Virus record (IMG/VR): IMGVR_UViG_3300037195_000852
Coordinates: 1-38,560 of that record
From: a virus
Taxonomy: Duplodnaviria; Caudoviricetes
Reading direction: 5' to 3' (one strand)
Length of the DNA: 38,560 bases
In this document: one piece after another, positions 25,301-34,409 of the stretch
Numbering within the stretch: position 1 is the stretch's first letter
How the letters are laid out: each line of letters starts with the position of its first letter
Notes under the pieces: generated by a model
The model's input: only the letters and a program-made list of their open reading frames with translations
Databases searched by the model: none
What the model was told of the DNA's origin: nothing
Position numbers and translations under genes: made by a program

Positions 25301-28300
25301 CCATATTCTGTAGCAAGATCATCAGCTACTTGCTTCCTACCTCTCCACCTTCTATTTGTTTTTAAATAATTCTCGCTTCCTATGAAGTTAATATAATCAG
25401 TTAGATTGTCAGTACTAAGAGCATTTTCTGCATCACGACTAAGAGACTTTACGCCTTTACCAAAAAGACCTTCAGTATCTTCAAACAATTGTTTTTCATA
25501 AGCCTTCTTACCTAATTGTTTTTCACCCTCAGAAATACCAATATTCTTTTGCAACTCTTTGGCAATACCAACAAGCCTATTCCTTTCTTTTTTACCTGCA
25601 AATTCACTATACTCTAGCTTGCTTGGAGCTTTTTCTAATGCTTTTAATACATATTTATAATTCTTAATCCACTCACTATGAAAAGCAACGTCACCAATAT
25701 TAGGATTCTTTTTAAGTGCATTTGGATTTTTACTTACAAAGTCACGCCATTCCATGTGCCTCTCTATAAAATTATTAACAATTTGCCTAGCAGCTATCTT
25801 ATACCCAGAAGCTTCAGGAGTTCCACTAAGAGCATTGATGACAATATTTTTATCTTCTAAGTCAGACTTTTGTTCTTTCTTAATCATGCCTTTTAACTTG
25901 CCAGCAAGTGAAGGCTTTTCATGTGGTATCTTAGATTTTTTAATATATCCAACAGCAATATCTACATCTCTTGCAGGCGGAGCAGGTGGTTTATCTGGAA
26001 ATTCTCCTACTACTTTATCATATAAGGCTTCAATTCCTTCATTTTTGGCAAATTTTATCCTTACAGTTTTCCTTCCTGCATCTAATGCTTCATAATATCT
26101 ATGTAAACCATCTAATATTGTTACCTTCCCATCCCTTATACCTACAATTATAGGAGCATCTGGAGTTCTAGATTTTGGAGTTCCTTCTAAAAACTTTCTA
26201 TCTAAAGCAACAATACTTCCTATATCAACATCATGCTCGCTCCTTAAAAAATCTTCTTTATTCTTATTCCTTGCAGCTCTATCTATTACACTTATAGCAT
26301 CCCCTTTTAACTCAGCTTTAGGCTCTTTAGGTATTACAGTAGGAATTTCGCCCTCCTTTAAAGCACCTGAAGATACAAACACTCTTTCAATAATATCTAA
26401 CTGCTCTCTAAGAGGCATATCCCTCATTTGATAAATCTTAGCTATTGCACCTTGAACATCTCCAATAGTAAAACCTACTTCTTCAGGTGAAAAACTTTTT
26501 GCCTTTAATCCAAGCTGCGAAAGTATTGTCCTAGCATCTCTATAATTAGCCCCTTTGCCCCATATATGCTCTCCAACTTCTGCAAGAATACCTCTTTTTA
26601 TTTTCTTACCATCAACAACTTTTTCTATTTTTTTACCACCAAATAAAACTCTATTTTTATTTTTAGGAACTTTTCCTAAGTCATCAATAGTGAAATCACG
26701 TAATGCAAATAGTTTTTCAGCAAGGGCTTTTGGAATGAGAAGCGGTCTAGTTACAGTTCCCTTCTTCTTTATTTTAGAGGTATCAATATAATAGCGACCA
26801 TCCTTTCCTTCTTCTTTTGCTATATCAGATAATCTAAATTTATTAACCTCTTCCCTTCTAAGTCCAAATTTAGCAAGCTCTGTAAGTACGCCACCCTCTT
26901 TGCCTGCCACCTTTTTTGCTGATTCTATTTTTTCTGGAGTTATAGCATCAAGTGCACTACTTTTTATCTCACGTTTTATTACTTTTTCAAATCTTGCCTT
27001 ATTTGCCTCTTCAAAACTAATGCCCTCAACTACATTTTTATTCGTCCACTTGCCCTTAGACCAAGCACCGAATGTAGAAAAAGGACTTATATCTTTAGAT
27101 GTTAATTTATTTTTACCCTTTCTCTTTAAAATAACGTTGTTATTGTAGTCGTAGACATCTTGGTTTGTAACGTCTGCCCACTCTTTTCTCTTGTTGTCTT
27201 TAACCCATTTTAAAAAATCACCTACAGTTTTTGAGTACTCTGTATTCCATCCACCCTCACTTGCATATTGAAAAAGAGCATTAAGATCATCTTCTGATAC
27301 CTTATCTTTATATTGATCTAATCTTTTAAGTGCTGTTTGTTTTTTATTATAGTTTTCTTTTGATGTTTTATATAATTCATTGGTTTCAAAATCTTTTTCT
27401 AATGGCTTTTTTAAGGATTCAATATCTTTCTTTATTTCTAAGACTTTTGCTCTTTGCCTCTCAATATCAGCACCGCCAGTTTTTCTAATGATGATGTCAG
27501 CAACATCTTCTCCTGCTAGTCTTTTAGCATTTTTTTGGGCATCTATATATATTTTGGTTAACTCAGGAGTTGACAAAATATCATTTTTAAAATCTTCTGG
27601 AGACCTTCTTGTGCTCTTATCTTCCATGCTATATAATGCACGTGCATCTTCCTTGTCTTTTTTAAATTGTTCATCAGCAGTAACTTTTCTTCCAATAGCT
27701 TCTTTTTCTAGGTTTCCACCTTCAACATATGCATTATCTAGTTTTGCCCTCCACTCTAATAACTTTGCCTCACTAACATTTGCAGTTTTAAGACCCTCCT
27801 CTATCACACCTTGTGACTCAAAAATATCATTAGTTAATTCTTGTATTTTACGTCTTTGTTCTGTAGCATCTTTTATAGAAAGATTGTCCTTGAGCCTCAT
27901 TTCATGATAGTTTAATTTATTTATAAGATCATCAGCATGCACTAATTTTTTCAAAAGGTCAGAAGAACTTTCTATTTTCAAATTATCTTCTAAATCTCTT
28001 TTGGCTTGCCTCATAGTATCTGCAATCTTTAATGATTCTGCATCAGACTTACCTTCTGTCTCACGAATAATATTATTTATCTCGCTCTTTTCACTAAATA
28101 CCTGACTCTTAGGATTAAAAGGAGCTTCAGTACCCATGTCACGAGTTCTTTTAAAATCATCATAGAATTTATCAAGCGATGCTCTATATTCTTTTAATAT
28201 GGGGATAGTCCTACTTAAAGTTTTATTTTTAATACCCATTAACTTAACAAAGCCAGCATCAACAATTAATTGTTCTAAGAGCTGATCGCCTTTAAGCTCA

Positions 28301-29241
28301 CCATTTTTAATTGTATCAGCTATATTAAATGCTTGGAGAGATGCAACCTCAGCAGCATATTGTCCATGCTTTCCAGTATACTTCATTAATTTTTCAAGCT
28401 CTGGAACTGTGTATTGCTTGCCAAAACCACCACCAGCGTCAGGACGTTTCCCAATCTTCATTTCTTTTAACATCTTGTATCTAAGAAAATTAGATTCCAT
28501 AGCACCACCGACACCACCCATAACAGCACCAATCATAGCACCATGAACATATCCATGAGCAATACCTTCAAATGGATCATCACCCGCAATGTCAGCAGCT
28601 AATCCTCCTTTAGCAGCTTCATACAATCCAATTGTATTACCACTCATTATTGCTTTATTAAGACCAATCCCAAGAGAACCCTCAGCAAGACCAGCCTTTT
28701 TGCCTAAAGCATTTGCCTTACCTATAAGCCCTTTAACAATAGCACTCTCAGCAACTTCTTTTGCACCAGCTTTACTAGCAGCAGCTTTAAGACCAGCACC
28801 CATAACAGAACCAACGAAAGGAGCACCAATTCGCAATGTAAGAAGATCGAGTGGCATCATAAAACTTCCAACGCCAGCAAGTATTTTCTCGCCTATATTT
28901 AATTCATCATAATCTCTTTCAATATTATAATCAAGCTTACCATTATACCATTGATCTAATGTGCCTTGAAGAGAATTTGCATAAGCATGTTTAACCCATT
29001 CCCATGAATCATCATCAATATCCTTTAACACTAACTCATTCCATCCAGATGGAGATACATCTGCCTGCGGAGCATAAGTTTTCTTGCCACCAACATATCC
29101 CATTTCTTCCCAATCTTCTACGTCAGCATAAGGATCGGACTGTCTACCCATATGGTAAATAAACTCATCAGGCATTGTAGAGCTATATATATTGGGATGT
29201 CTCTTTCTAAGGTCAGCTACATACTGTTCACGTGTTACCAT
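22303..29241 (-). CDS. Giant internal-virion/DNA-ejection protein containing tyrosine-recombinase and ParB/Srx modules
   Basis: Last and largest gene of the late operon, after tail and smaller internal proteins. Gly/Ala-rich amphipathic N-terminal region; recombinase motifs at about aa 668-940; ParB motif at about aa 1028-1065. Confidence 0.8.
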   Translation of the reverse strand: MVTREQYVADLRKRHPNIYSSTMPDEFIYHMGRQSDPYADVEDWEEMGYVGGKKTYAPQADVSPSGWNELVLKDIDDDSWEWVKHAYANSLQGTLDQWYNGKLDYNIERDYDELNIGEKILAGVGSFMMPLDLLTLRIGAPFVGSVMGAGLKAAASKAGAKEVAESAIVKGLIGKANALGKKAGLAEGSLGIGLNKAIMSGNTIGLYEAAKGGLAADIAGDDPFEGIAHGYVHGAMIGAVMGGVGGAMESNFLRYKMLKEMKIGKRPDAGGGFGKQYTVPELEKLMKYTGKHGQYAAEVASLQAFNIADTIKNGELKGDQLLEQLIVDAGFVKLMGIKNKTLSRTIPILKEYRASLDKFYDDFKRTRDMGTEAPFNPKSQVFSEKSEINNIIRETEGKSDAESLKIADTMRQAKRDLEDNLKIESSSDLLKKLVHADDLINKLNYHEMRLKDNLSIKDATEQRRKIQELTNDIFESQGVIEEGLKTANVSEAKLLEWRAKLDNAYVEGGNLEKEAIGRKVTADEQFKKDKEDARALYSMEDKSTRRSPEDFKNDILSTPELTKIYIDAQKNAKRLAGEDVADIIIRKTGGADIERQRAKVLEIKKDIESLKKPLEKDFETNELYKTSKENYNKKQTALKRLDQYKDKVSEDDLNALFQYASEGGWNTEYSKTVGDFLKWVKDNKRKEWADVTNQDVYDYNNNVILKRKGKNKLTSKDISPFSTFGAWSKGKWTNKNVVEGISFEEANKARFEKVIKREIKSSALDAITPEKIESAKKVAGKEGGVLTELAKFGLRREEVNKFRLSDIAKEEGKDGRYYIDTSKIKKKGTVTRPLLIPKALAEKLFALRDFTIDDLGKVPKNKNRVLFGGKKIEKVVDGKKIKRGILAEVGEHIWGKGANYRDARTILSQLGLKAKSFSPEEVGFTIGDVQGAIAKIYQMRDMPLREQLDIIERVFVSSGALKEGEIPTVIPKEPKAELKGDAISVIDRAARNKNKEDFLRSEHDVDIGSIVALDRKFLEGTPKSRTPDAPIIVGIRDGKVTILDGLHRYYEALDAGRKTVRIKFAKNEGIEALYDKVVGEFPDKPPAPPARDVDIAVGYIKKSKIPHEKPSLAGKLKGMIKKEQKSDLEDKNIVINALSGTPEASGYKIAARQIVNNFIERHMEWRDFVSKNPNALKKNPNIGDVAFHSEWIKNYKYVLKALEKAPSKLEYSEFAGKKERNRLVGIAKELQKNIGISEGEKQLGKKAYEKQLFEDTEGLFGKGVKSLSRDAENALSTDNLTDYINFIGSENYLKTNRRWRGRKQVADDLATEYGVKNSEIKEKLKSIGVKDGEWENIQTKSTVDYILSWISGHEKLQPEKSHSDMMIEKMHSDTFGKFPGAVRRVFTSPMQVFFNEKLAGKGGQRIIQPFLDRLVTKRAVVAIKNKYTNLIKKEVPKIKDMDLAILIKDPEIQRFWRKNGELTSEEIRRIDNSYKEGTWEYRVKKHLEDYFDEIWGLWGKYGEEVTKNPRIREQLEDLRGKMYQEDYHVRKVNPKLLEAIESSTKFFDEAIGLEKMMAEETTKYINAQIRKNIKKPVKKDFKKDSQFKKALDKYKDDVSEERARLKNDDTTKATVADIVYNYMTMKPHKLENPAFMERGVLFPRYVTIKDAKGKTQKIKSYLENWNDSFDYYGNSQADHLSTWRHVPEFSSLGKKLKVGSWKNNLLDYLSGRAKAPDGLKVDSKWADYIGMWLESTLGMEGSYKERHNRGLYRFGGILASTGAVSGMSTPIVPGFKNVTVGFTFDMAIRPLRTTLQGWLKTFDPVHRKEQGEKGYTNFMDTVTKTQKSIFEEIGLTEKLPLGKYLTTESIFKINLVSPTEDIARIGSSTANRMYAQQLVDAIKGHKNVVHKYMGKKMLNKQFEFTAKNLFRWTPEEIQFIKKTKYEDLNSKTKTNPYTETNNSYQYAWMMKKAEFFGQGATQGLTDPITLPLWMSSGAWRPLTLFTRMATSATAGMWTNVFRPIWEVGNVMPLVRYSAGSVFTGAGLYAFYKYIMGQDQMHEMSDDKWKTVLQMAWRAEFLGMFSHILNPHSSPIYGGNNDTKFGVDPSFATDFFEPYMIRGARSLVEGVSTVMTDPTNPKGWTDAMKHVTKTSVSIVGHTSRQWDRLFYPEVKEWNKFRTAARSFKKEKGYDTPQFKLNTARQVYYRDLKNNFWRGDEKEFAKSYYAALAQIDTEMLRDGYISQGYRRKQAMRSIEQSLKSMNPVNFSAEVKGREMSKRSEFLNYLKNYDNDVYRQALNSEKTFNFKLRKLLSTVQQSKYKLNYSPYYDRY

Positions 29242-29247
29242 ATATAT

Positions 29248-31446
29248 TTAAGACTCCTGTAAAAATTTTCTAAATGCATCAAAATCTTTTGCAAATTTGG
29301 CATATCCAGCATCAGTAGCAACAACATCAGGAGAATATATTAAGTCTATCCGTTCCTTGGCATATTCCAAAGGACTCAAATCAGATGGCTCTGCTAAGAG
29401 CGATGCTCTTTTAAATGCCCCAGGATACCAAACTCTTTTACTATAATCTTTTGTTTTAAAGAAATATTTATAATCACCTTCTGCATATGGTTTTCCATAT
29501 CTACCACTTTTCCTTAACCACTTTTCAAATTTATCTTTAACAAATTGTTGTGTAGCTTCTTTCTTAGAACCTTTATATTTGTTTTTTTCTGATGCACTTA
29601 ATTTACTAAATTTATCTGATACAACTGAAGCTAAATTAGACTGTGCTTTTATAAATGGTTTGCTAGTTGAGGGTACAACTGGTTTCCCATCATCAATTTT
29701 ATATAATGTATATTCATCAACTTTAGGCTTAGGCTCTTTAGCTTTAGGAAAATCCCCTTTCCATCCTTCCTGCTTAGCAATCGCATTGGCAAGTTTCTCT
29801 GTAGAAACAGTGTCTATTTTAGCATTAGGAGATAAATTTAGTTCCTTAGATAAGTTTTTTAAATATACTTCCCTATCAGTTGCTGTGTACCCATAATCGC
29901 CATCACCCTTGCCATATATAAATTGTTTTAATGTATCATTCCTACCTTTATCAGCTTCAATTTGATTGTATAGTGCCTGCCATCCAGAATCTGGAGTATC
30001 AAATGTTGCAAATCCAGTTGGAGTTTTGCCCGTAGCATCAGTTTGATTAGCAAATTTTAAATTACCAGGATTATTCCATTCACTAAATTTGCGTGGCTCA
30101 CCAGCTGGCATAGTAGGTACTTCTGGAGTAACAGGCTTATGAAGCTCTGAAACAGCAAAAGATTCTTCGCCTGTAGGAGTAACACCAACGCCAACATCGG
30201 GAAGTTTCCCAGAAGGAAGTATTTTTTTAACATCTTCTTTAAGTTGTGCTTCTCTATCTAAATCTAATTCTTCCTTCGACTTTCTCCAAGGAGTACGTTT
30301 ACCCATCCACTCAGAATATTTACTTCCTGTTTCTTTTTCAAAATTAGCATCGGCTTCATCCATCATTTGCTCAAGAGAGACTTGATTCTTCCTTACCTCA
30401 GAAACATTTATTAGAGTTCCATCTTCAGGAAGGGGAAACTGCCAATTTAAAGGATCGTCTACCCAATCAATATATTCTTTTAATGTAATGTCTCCCTTCT
30501 CATATTCTTTATGTTTTTCTTTTGCATTCTCATCCATTGTCGCTGCTGCTTTTTGAAAGTCAGGGGAATTTACTACAATAGTATTTTTAACATGCTGGCT
30601 ATAAGCATTCGTAAATTGATCTTGATAGCCTTGTTGCCTTGAGTTTGCAGCAGACGCAATAGTTTCATTCCTTCCCCTTATTTCATCTGGGTTTCCATCT
30701 CTTATAGATTGGATCATCATTCTTTGTTCGTCTTCGGATATAATAGTACCCATTGGATCAAATGTATTAATTTGTTTTAAAAGTTGATTATACCCTCCAA
30801 TCAAGTTAATATTAACCCTGTCATTGTCAGCACTAAAGCTCCTATTATTTGAAAAATAATCTGCATTATTCTTCATAAACTTTTTAAATTCAGATATTTC
30901 TTGTGTTCCTTTATACAACCTTTCTTTAAGCTCTAGCTTTTTATCAGCATCATCTGCATATAAGTCATCCCAATCAAGGCCAGACAACTCCTCGGTAATA
31001 TCAAGAAGGAGCTTCTCGGTTTCAGGGATTTTATAGGAAGTAAAATAATTATAATGATTATTTAGCGATCTATACTCCTTTAATTTATTAATCTTTTTAT
31101 CATAAATGTCTATAAAATCAGCAGACTGATTTGGAAATCTCTTCATGTCTTCATTTTTAATTCTAGTAAGATTTGCTTCTAATTCATCAATACCTTTATT
31201 TGTATACATAGATTCATCAGATAATGCATTCATCATAGGCATACTTAGCCTTGCATCAAATCTTTGTTGTGCCAAAAGTTCTCGTCCATATTGCTCATAT
31301 TTAAACGTAGCAGCTTGTTGTTGTGCAACTGGGATATTTGCAACAGCAGAAGCTATAGGCTTTACCCACCAAGGCTGATTAATTTGTTTTGATTTTTCTC
31401 GCTTTGCAAGTTCCATTTCAATTTGTCTCATCATATCACTTGCCAT
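29248..31446 (-). CDS. Internal virion protein with lysozyme-like (NNPGNL) peptidoglycan hydrolase domain
   Basis: aa ~458-562: NNPGNL...GFATF.T...GWQAL..QI...TLKQFI...AIAKQEG. Confidence 0.7.
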   Translation of the reverse strand: MASDMMRQIEMELAKREKSKQINQPWWVKPIASAVANIPVAQQQAATFKYEQYGRELLAQQRFDARLSMPMMNALSDESMYTNKGIDELEANLTRIKNEDMKRFPNQSADFIDIYDKKINKLKEYRSLNNHYNYFTSYKIPETEKLLLDITEELSGLDWDDLYADDADKKLELKERLYKGTQEISEFKKFMKNNADYFSNNRSFSADNDRVNINLIGGYNQLLKQINTFDPMGTIISEDEQRMMIQSIRDGNPDEIRGRNETIASAANSRQQGYQDQFTNAYSQHVKNTIVVNSPDFQKAAATMDENAKEKHKEYEKGDITLKEYIDWVDDPLNWQFPLPEDGTLINVSEVRKNQVSLEQMMDEADANFEKETGSKYSEWMGKRTPWRKSKEELDLDREAQLKEDVKKILPSGKLPDVGVGVTPTGEESFAVSELHKPVTPEVPTMPAGEPRKFSEWNNPGNLKFANQTDATGKTPTGFATFDTPDSGWQALYNQIEADKGRNDTLKQFIYGKGDGDYGYTATDREVYLKNLSKELNLSPNAKIDTVSTEKLANAIAKQEGWKGDFPKAKEPKPKVDEYTLYKIDDGKPVVPSTSKPFIKAQSNLASVVSDKFSKLSASEKNKYKGSKKEATQQFVKDKFEKWLRKSGRYGKPYAEGDYKYFFKTKDYSKRVWYPGAFKRASLLAEPSDLSPLEYAKERIDLIYSPDVVATDAGYAKFAKDFDAFRKFLQES

Positions 31447-31449
31447 AAT

Positions 31450-32340
31450 TTAAGTACCTCCTGCATCTGGTAGCTGTGTTAAAAAATGTAAAAATGTTTC
31501 TTCTTTATTTGGTACTCTACCCCCACCCTTGAACCAACCTGCTGGAGCTCCTCCCATCCAGTCTTCTATCTCAGTTTCATAAGCTCCCATTGCTTGTTCT
31601 TTGAGTCCATATAATCCCTTTTCTTCACCAAGTTCAGCTCGATCCATACCAAGTCCATATGTACCATATGCAGATTCAGCTCCACTCTTTAGTGCCCTTT
31701 GCCCACGTATTTTTCCTCTCATGCCAGCACCAGTAGTGGGAGCACCACTAATATCATAAGCACTTTCTTGAAGACCATACATACTCTCACCAAATGTTTG
31801 CTGTACACCTCTTTCTTCAAGAGCACGCTCACGCTTTAAAAAGTCTTTATCTTCTTGAGACACTCCTTGAAACTTTGGGAGCATCTTGTTAATTTGAGCT
31901 AGCAATTCATCTTGCGAAACTTTTCCTGACACAAATCCAGGGATTTTATTTTTTATATTATCAAAAACTGTTTGAACTGTAAGTGGATTACCCTGAGCAT
32001 CAACAAAATCTTCAGCAGAAATATTTGCAGCACCCCAATCTGTGCGTTCAAAGTCTTCCTCAGGCATATATGATTCATTAGCTAATAGAACGCTACCATA
32101 ATGATTTGAAGTATCGTCACTAGAGCCTGCACCCCTATATTGAGTAGTCTCCCCTGTATCATTAAATCGAGAACCATCCCATTCATAAATATCATAAAAT
32201 GTTATATGAGCTTGGTCGTCATCACCTGGACGACCTTGACCAACAGTTATTCTTTCACCAGCCTCCCATGTTCTTGTTGCTACATGTGGTGCACTAGGAT
32301 TAGAAAAACCAGGATCACGTAAAGTACCTCCATTAGACAT
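31450..32340 (-). CDS. Putative internal virion protein
   Basis: Position in the ejection cluster; Gly/Ala-rich; C-terminal FKGGGRV. Confidence 0.6.
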   Translation of the reverse strand: MSNGGTLRDPGFSNPSAPHVATRTWEAGERITVGQGRPGDDDQAHITFYDIYEWDGSRFNDTGETTQYRGAGSSDDTSNHYGSVLLANESYMPEEDFERTDWGAANISAEDFVDAQGNPLTVQTVFDNIKNKIPGFVSGKVSQDELLAQINKMLPKFQGVSQEDKDFLKRERALEERGVQQTFGESMYGLQESAYDISGAPTTGAGMRGKIRGQRALKSGAESAYGTYGLGMDRAELGEEKGLYGLKEQAMGAYETEIEDWMGGAPAGWFKGGGRVPNKEETFLHFLTQLPDAGGT

Positions 32341-32342
32341 AA

Positions 32343-33878
32343 TTATATCCTTTCTAACATTTCTGCTAATGATTGTTTGTTGCTACCACCAAGTGTTGAA
32401 CCTTTTGCATCAAAATAATCTGCAATTGTTCCACCACCTTTATATTTTGGAACTTGACCACCTTGTTGAAAGTCAAGTCTATTATGTAACTGCATTTCTT
32501 GTTGTAATTTCTCAGCACTAGTTTGCGGTAGTTGAAATCCTTTACCTTTTCCATAAATACTTTGAAGAATACTTGAGGTATCAAGTGAACTCCCTTGTCT
32601 GTCTGGCAAAGGAAAATCAAAAGGACTATATGGTAATACATCTGGTTGTGCTGGCATATCACGTAAGACAGGCATTGTTGCTGAAATATCTGTAGCAAAA
32701 CTTTCAGATGGAGTAAATCCCCCTATTTCAGTAAAATCAGCCCCAACTGGAGAAGGATCAAATAGTTGTTTATACATTTCAATATCCATATCGGTAGTAT
32801 CTGGAGCAACACCTTCTGTGGTAGTTATAAAATCCATTAAAGCTTTTGAAGATGGATCATCAAATGTATCTTCAGATGCAAATGGCACATTAGGTCGTCT
32901 AGGCATTGGAGTCCCTTCTGGGCCAAAACCTTCATACTGTTCATAAAATTTCTCACCCAATTCTTGAGCCACCTGCTGAGGTGTTTTGCCTATATGCTCT
33001 CCAAAGCTACCATACTTATCATACTGCTTAATGTCAGCGTCTCTCCAACTTAAACTTGAAGACAAAGGTGGTGCTGTAGGTAATTTACTTATATTTTCTC
33101 TAGCTATAGTTTCTACATCTACTCCATATCCTTCGGGCATAAAAGATACATTCTTGAAAGCTTCTGATTTATCACCACCATAAAGCTTATCCATTTCAGC
33201 TAAAAGACTTTTATGTCTTACATCGGCTGTTTTCGATAAGAATTCTTCATATCCTTCCTCTGCTCCACGCATTTTTGCCTGTTTCATTCTTGATACACTT
33301 GTTGGTATTAATCCTTTATCTCCAAACTCAAGTAATTTAAGTTTTGATAAATCTTTTCCTTTCCAAGCCTCACTTATTTTTTCCCCAAGATCACCACTTT
33401 TTACGCCAATCTCTTTAGTAGTAGGATCAACACCAATCTTAGGAACAAGAGCACTAATATATGACATTCCAATATCAGCAGCTAAACTCTCAGGTGACCA
33501 ACCACGCTCTTTTATACCCTCTTTCATTCCTTCTTTAGCTTCTTTTGTAGCCTCTTTTCCATACCCATATATATTTGTAGATTTAATTTTACTTGGATCA
33601 GCCCCCATTTTTAGATGTTTTCTCATTCCTTCTTCACCCCACTTTTTAAATAAACTTGTACCAGCACCTGCAAGAAGAGGAAAAAGTAAACCACCACCAG
33701 TAAGACCAAGACCAGCTAGAGCAGCCTTACTTGCAATACCTGCAAGAGGGCTTAGAACAGTCAATAATCCACTAAGCTTACCTTCTTTGTCTCTTTCTCT
33801 TCCAAGGGCTGAGGCAATGCTTTTCTTAGCTTTTTCTCTCTGTCCTTCTTGTAAAAATCTACTTAGACTTATTGCCAT
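32343..33878 (-). CDS. Putative internal virion (pilot/ejection) protein
   Basis: N-terminal Gly/Ala/Leu hydrophobic hairpin; C-terminal FQQGGQV and YKGGGTI. Confidence 0.65.
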   Translation of the reverse strand: MAISLSRFLQEGQREKAKKSIASALGRERDKEGKLSGLLTVLSPLAGIASKAALAGLGLTGGGLLFPLLAGAGTSLFKKWGEEGMRKHLKMGADPSKIKSTNIYGYGKEATKEAKEGMKEGIKERGWSPESLAADIGMSYISALVPKIGVDPTTKEIGVKSGDLGEKISEAWKGKDLSKLKLLEFGDKGLIPTSVSRMKQAKMRGAEEGYEEFLSKTADVRHKSLLAEMDKLYGGDKSEAFKNVSFMPEGYGVDVETIARENISKLPTAPPLSSSLSWRDADIKQYDKYGSFGEHIGKTPQQVAQELGEKFYEQYEGFGPEGTPMPRRPNVPFASEDTFDDPSSKALMDFITTTEGVAPDTTDMDIEMYKQLFDPSPVGADFTEIGGFTPSESFATDISATMPVLRDMPAQPDVLPYSPFDFPLPDRQGSSLDTSSILQSIYGKGKGFQLPQTSAEKLQQEMQLHNRLDFQQGGQVPKYKGGGTIADYFDAKGSTLGGSNKQSLAEMLERI

Positions 33879-33895
33879 AATTTTGTTCCTAACTT

Positions 33896-34408
33896 TTATT
33901 TAAAAAATACTGTTAATGTATAATCTTTATTATCTATGGATGTGCCATTAGCAAATAATTCTATTCTTATTTTATTATTCACTTTATTATAATGCACAAA
34001 CATATCATATATTGCACTTGCACCAGTGTCACCTAATGAAAAATATGTTCTTTCATTAGCACCTAAACTTATACCAAAATTTACTCCTAATATATTTGAG
34101 TCGCTAATAAATTCTGGTAAAAATATATTCATTACAACAGTACCAGAATCATCATTAGCAGAAGTTACTCCACGATTAAACCAAGCCTTAGGAGTAAATA
34201 CATTTGGATCATTAATGTCATCTCCATGCAATACATTACTTAACCATCTACTTCCAAATCTTGCAAACAACCTTGCACCTGTACTTACTTGTCTTACCTG
34301 TATATCTCCATCACCGCCCTCACCTAGATGTGGAATACCAAGTCTATTGCTAACTTTTGGTTTTTTTGCTCTTCCCCACTCTAATGATCTTGATTTATTT
34401 TTTGCCAT
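33896..34408 (-). CDS. Putative tail accessory protein
   Basis: Directly follows the nozzle gene; EGGDGDIQVR motif. Confidence 0.5.
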   Translation of the reverse strand: MAKNKSRSLEWGRAKKPKVSNRLGIPHLGEGGDGDIQVRQVSTGARLFARFGSRWLSNVLHGDDINDPNVFTPKAWFNRGVTSANDDSGTVVMNIFLPEFISDSNILGVNFGISLGANERTYFSLGDTGASAIYDMFVHYNKVNNKIRIELFANGTSIDNKDYTLTVFFK

Positions 34409-34409
34409 A

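Noticed and set aside
22303-29241. Giant protein as a virion RNA polymerase (N4- or crAss-like)
   Set aside because: I found no DxDxD/DFDID double-psi motif or T7-type polymerase motifs by eye. A structure search would be needed to exclude a very divergent one.
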